A stretch of 63,948 nt of DNA, the filler included. It is 6 parts of 6 records of this genome, joined end to end, with 100 filler letters (N's around TTAATTAATTAA, not from the genome) between each part and the next. Parts side by side here need not be neighbours in the genome. Positions count along the whole stretch, not along the records: positions 55,126 to 63,948 come from DRR723986_26856; 5 more parts are not named here. The stretch is one strand, 5' to 3'. The notes beneath the pieces were generated by a model that was not told the DNA's origin, ran no database searches, and saw nothing but the letters and a program-made list of their open reading frames with translations. The translations under genes and the position numbers were made by a program. Below are positions 60,800-63,948 of this stretch, in pieces; positions within the stretch are counted from its first letter, which is position 1; every line of letters begins with the position of its first letter.

Positions 60800-61111
60800 T
60801 TACTCAATATTTACTGACGAGTCCAAAACTTCTGACCCTAGACCTTCTTGCCATTGTCTCCGTTGGTCTTTGAACGGATCAAACGGCTTACTTGGGTCAT
60901 AAGTTGGATAATTCCCATTGTGGTTTGACGGGGAAACTTCATCATCCAAATAATCCTTACCGGTTGTACATTTTACAATAATCAAAAACGTCATTATTAC
61001 GGCCGCCAATACTACTTTAGCCCAAGCCCACGGATCGTTGTCACCTCTACTCAATGAATACAGTAAAGCTAATACAGAACCAACCAGAGTAAGCCAAAAA
61101 AATGTCGTCAT
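60800..61111 (-). CDS. Small two-TM hypothetical protein
   Basis: 103-aa ORF with two hydrophobic segments. Confidence 0.7.
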   Translation of the reverse strand: MTTFFWLTLVGSVLALLYSLSRGDNDPWAWAKVVLAAVIMTFLIIVKCTTGKDYLDDEVSPSNHNGNYPTYDPSKPFDPFKDQRRQWQEGLGSEVLDSSVNIE

Positions 61112-61129
61112 TCAATTATTTAGTTTCAA

Positions 61130-61876
61130 TTACCAATTGCCTGTTTCTTTAAAACGAATTCGGTGATTAACTTCCGATTTTATTGCACTCAATACCCCCT
61201 CTGAAAAAACACTTAAAACCCAATTGTCAATATCGCCTTCCAACACATCTTTAAAACTGCTGGTACTTGAACCACCACTAGAAGCTGACATAGTTGCACT
61301 ACCATAGTTTTGATATCCATAACTAACCCTTCGTTCTTCAACCGAAACAAAATATTGATCACCTCCTGAACCAGATTTAAAAAACTTTTTAGCTGGCATA
61401 TGATAATCCGACTTTGATTGATCCGCAGTAATCACTTTATTATCCTCATCATTAATTTCAATTACTGGCTTTTCTGCTTTTATTTGTTTTTCTGTTTTAA
61501 AGTCACCATTCATAATACGGTTAACCAAATTAAGCACAGCTTTTTCAATAAATTCATCACCTCCTCCATTTGCTTGCAACTGATGATAACCCTTTAAAAA
61601 ATCATTGTTCATTATAAATGAATAAGCTATGTTCACATTTGAATTGGTAAAACTAAAACTCATATGAAGCTCGGCATTTGCCGGAAATTTAAACTTCAAA
61701 AGTGTACCACCTGATGTCACCTCAAACTTTTTGCAGTCTTCAAACTGAGTCATACAATCGGCTAAATTAAAGTTAGCCTCTATAAAATAAGAATTGCCAA
61801 AATTGAGTAATTCTGGTATGAACAATTTAGGATCTACATGGGCTAAATTGGTTGGGTAAAAACTGTCTGAAATCAT
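61130..61876 (-). CDS. Hypothetical protein
   Basis: Long ORF in AT-rich DNA; start is 61876 or 61933. Confidence 0.75.
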   Translation of the reverse strand: MISDSFYPTNLAHVDPKLFIPELLNFGNSYFIEANFNLADCMTQFEDCKKFEVTSGGTLLKFKFPANAELHMSFSFTNSNVNIAYSFIMNNDFLKGYHQLQANGGGDEFIEKAVLNLVNRIMNGDFKTEKQIKAEKPVIEINDEDNKVITADQSKSDYHMPAKKFFKSGSGGDQYFVSVEERRVSYGYQNYGSATMSASSGGSSTSSFKDVLEGDIDNWVLSVFSEGVLSAIKSEVNHRIRFKETGNW

Positions 61877-61982
61877 GATAAATTTTTCTGCTGACAAGAT
61901 AAAAAAGTATACCGTACTTTGGTCATGTCCCAATTCAAAAAGCTCTATTTGGCCAAAATAACCGCCTCTAAAACAATGGGAA

Positions 61983-62675
61983 TTAGCTGAAAGCTACCCC
62001 CTCATCAACACCACCACAAATATCCTGAATTCTATCCGACTCCACCACCCCACTTTCAGCACCCTCATTCACCAATCGAATCATAGCCTCAGCAATGCAA
62101 CTCGCCTTGATTGACCGATACTTTCTCCATCCACCAATCATAAACAAATTAAAAAACCACATCAACCCAGCAGAGAGTTTTTCTGCAAAACGTAGCTCCC
62201 TACGATCTCCTACAATAAGTGAGGGCCGCAACACATAGCAATGCCTAATCCCTGAAGCCAATACAGCCTCCTCCATCTCCCCTTTCGTGCGCAAATAAAA
62301 ACCTCTGCTTTTTGTACTTGCCCCGATTGAAGAAATCACTGCATAGCTATCAATACCATTCAAGGCACATAGCTTTGCCGCTGCCACCGGAATCCCAAAA
62401 TCTATCTGGTAATATTTAGCTTCATCTGGAGTTTTCTTCTTGGTGGTGCCAATACAGACAAACACCTCATCCGCCGTAAAATCAGCTGCTGACTCTTCTA
62501 AGCGCAAAAGATCTACAGTATATTCTGTAATTTTTGGATGATCAATTTCTACCTTTTTTCTAGAAAAGAGTTTAACTGAACCATAACGATCATCATTCAA
62601 CAGTTTTTGCAAAAGAATTCCCCCTGTGAGACCAGTTGCACCTAAAATGATGGCTGTTTTTTTTGTTGCTGACAT
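61983..62675 (-). CDS. NAD(P)H-binding atypical SDR (TIP30/YraR-like)
   Basis: ILGATGLTG, CIGTT, SSIGA, FYLRTKGEME, RPSLIVG. Confidence 0.92.
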   Translation of the reverse strand: MSATKKTAIILGATGLTGGILLQKLLNDDRYGSVKLFSRKKVEIDHPKITEYTVDLLRLEESAADFTADEVFVCIGTTKKKTPDEAKYYQIDFGIPVAAAKLCALNGIDSYAVISSIGASTKSRGFYLRTKGEMEEAVLASGIRHCYVLRPSLIVGDRRELRFAEKLSAGLMWFFNLFMIGGWRKYRSIKASCIAEAMIRLVNEGAESGVVESDRIQDICGGVDEGVAFS

Positions 62676-62769
62676 CTGAGCCCGAAGGTATCTATTTTCG
62701 TTTGAAGTTAAGCTCAGTACCAAGCTTGAACTTTAGCAGATTTAAACTGTTCTATAATAAAGATAGCTC

Positions 62770-63291
62770 ATGTTCATGCTCCTAATCACTTCACTTATGC
62801 TCAAATTACCCCTCGTACTTTCTGATTTTTCAAACAACAACGAAGCTGACGAATGGGTGGTGGTGAATGATGGCGTTATGGGAGGGAAATCTGAAGGCGA
62901 AATAAGTACAAATGGCAAAACCGCTACGTTTAAAGGAGATGTTTCTCTAAAAAATAATGGTGGATTTACCTCTATCCGTAAGCGATTTGAAACCATGAAC
63001 ATTAGCGGCGCTAAGTACCTGTTTATTGAACTCAAAGGAGACAAAAAAGAATACCAATTTAGAGTGAAAAACTCGCTTGATGAGCGACACGCCTACAAAT
63101 ACGCCTTCAGCACTTCAGGTGAATGGGAAACAGTTCCGATCCCACTCAATGAGATGACACCTACCTATAGAGGCATGCGACCCAATGTACCAAATTATGA
63201 AGCCAATGAATTAAGCGAAATTGGTTTTTTAATTGCCAATAAAAAAGCAGAACAATTTGAATTGCAAATAGCTAAGATTTGGTTAGAATAA
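62770..63291 (+). CDS. CIA30 family protein
   Basis: WVVVNDGVMGGKS, VSLKNNGGFTSIR, KGDKKEYQ. Confidence 0.92.
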   Translation: MFMLLITSLMLKLPLVLSDFSNNNEADEWVVVNDGVMGGKSEGEISTNGKTATFKGDVSLKNNGGFTSIRKRFETMNISGAKYLFIELKGDKKEYQFRVKNSLDERHAYKYAFSTSGEWETVPIPLNEMTPTYRGMRPNVPNYEANELSEIGFLIANKKAEQFELQIAKIWLE

Positions 63292-63320
63292 ACTTGAGTT
63301 AATAGGTCTAGCTTTCAACT

Positions 63321-63743
63321 CTAAACCCCCGACCAGGTCTTTGTTTTGTACAACCAGCCAGAATAACCCCTCACCTTTAAATTACCGCCCTCAAGCCACA
63401 ATTTACAAGTGTAGGATTCACCATCTTTGGGGTCATAAATCACACCATCCCATTCACCGTCATTGTCATACACAAAGCCCACCAAAATATCCATATTCAT
63501 AATGGGTTGTGTTCTCTTTTTTTCGTTTGGATTATGCTCATCTAACTGAGGCTTACCCTCTTTGTTAAGCGGCTCAGCCATCCATACCACTTTTCCATAA
63601 TACTTGCCCGAACTGCGGTAAATCTCAATTTTGGCATCTGCTATTTCAGTGAGCCAGACCCCCATGATTGCATCTGCTTTTTCAGCACAAAAACTGAAAA
63701 CCGGTAATAGGCTTAAGATAATAATGATGAGGCTTCTTTTCAT
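63321..63743 (-). CDS. DUF2147 family exported protein
   Basis: GVWLT, YYGKVVW, LDEHNP, WDGVIYDPKDGESY, LKVRGY. Confidence 0.9.
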   Translation of the reverse strand: MKRSLIIIILSLLPVFSFCAEKADAIMGVWLTEIADAKIEIYRSSGKYYGKVVWMAEPLNKEGKPQLDEHNPNEKKRTQPIMNMDILVGFVYDNDGEWDGVIYDPKDGESYTCKLWLEGGNLKVRGYSGWLYKTKTWSGV

Positions 63744-63902
63744 AGCGTGATTAATTTGAAGGGCGGAATTTAAGACAATTTGGGGAGCTGAGGTTTATTT
63801 TAGTTGGGAATGATGGGGTTTTGTTGTGAGGATTTGGCAAATGTTGGAGCTGTGCTTGTTTCCACTGGAATGAATAAAAAGCGATCGTCTCTTTATTATC
63901 CT

Positions 63903-63948
63903 CATTCTTTTTTCCTTAGATGAAAAAAGAACCAAAAAAATCAGTGGG
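63903..63948 (-). repeat. 46-bp inverted copy of 55126-55171
   Basis: Reverse-complement match. Confidence 0.92.

Noticed and set aside
1-63948. tRNA, rRNA, tmRNA, RNase P, CRISPR-Cas, retron/DGR reverse transcriptase
   Set aside because: No hallmark motifs or genes recognised by eye; a covariance-model scan would be needed to exclude divergent RNAs.

Overview
This window is not one continuous genome segment. It joins six contigs with identical 100-nt artificial linkers (44 N + TTAATTAATTAA + 44 N), and the contigs come from at least four kinds of organism. Contig 1 (1-22978; FCB/Bacteroidota-like, with a T9SS-type C-terminal domain) is one co-directional minus-strand cluster of at least 22 kb of exported proteins: an SBBP propeller, an FG-GAP/ASPIC protein with a T9SS CTD, two paralogous Cys-rich proteins, an OmpH/Skp-like protein, a hypothetical, a 2483-aa SpvB/TcB-like YD protein, a possible LolA-like protein, and a >2000-aa RHS/YD protein. 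That last ORF is missing from the ORF track because it runs off the window edge. This cluster is the best candidate for an undescribed system: a Sec-exported, two-part YD-shell (Tc BC-like) complex with dedicated chaperones. Contig 2 (23079-29427) is an alphaproteobacterial tkt-gap-pgk-fba region with inserted small genes. Contig 3 (29528-34585) carries rsmE, a LytS/LytTR pair, a highly structured ~470-nt intergenic region and a TrpF-like protein lacking the catalytic Cys, and is bounded by ~150-bp inverted repeats. Contig 4 (34686-41475) is a very GC-rich eukaryotic gene with three GT-AG introns, encoding Gly-rich, fibronectin-III and PAN-like domains. Contig 5 (41576-55025) has a pseudo-receiver protein, purL divergent from a LysR gene, a TPR histidine kinase, an ECF sigma/anti-sigma pair, a candidate sRNA region and a RAYT (Y1) transposase with a REP-like palindrome. 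Contig 6 (55126-63948) is AT-rich, Flavobacteriales-like DNA with lipoproteins, trxA, an alpha/beta hydrolase, a NAD(P)-binding protein, CIA30 and DUF2147. Taxonomic labels and family assignments come from motif recognition by eye; no searches were run.
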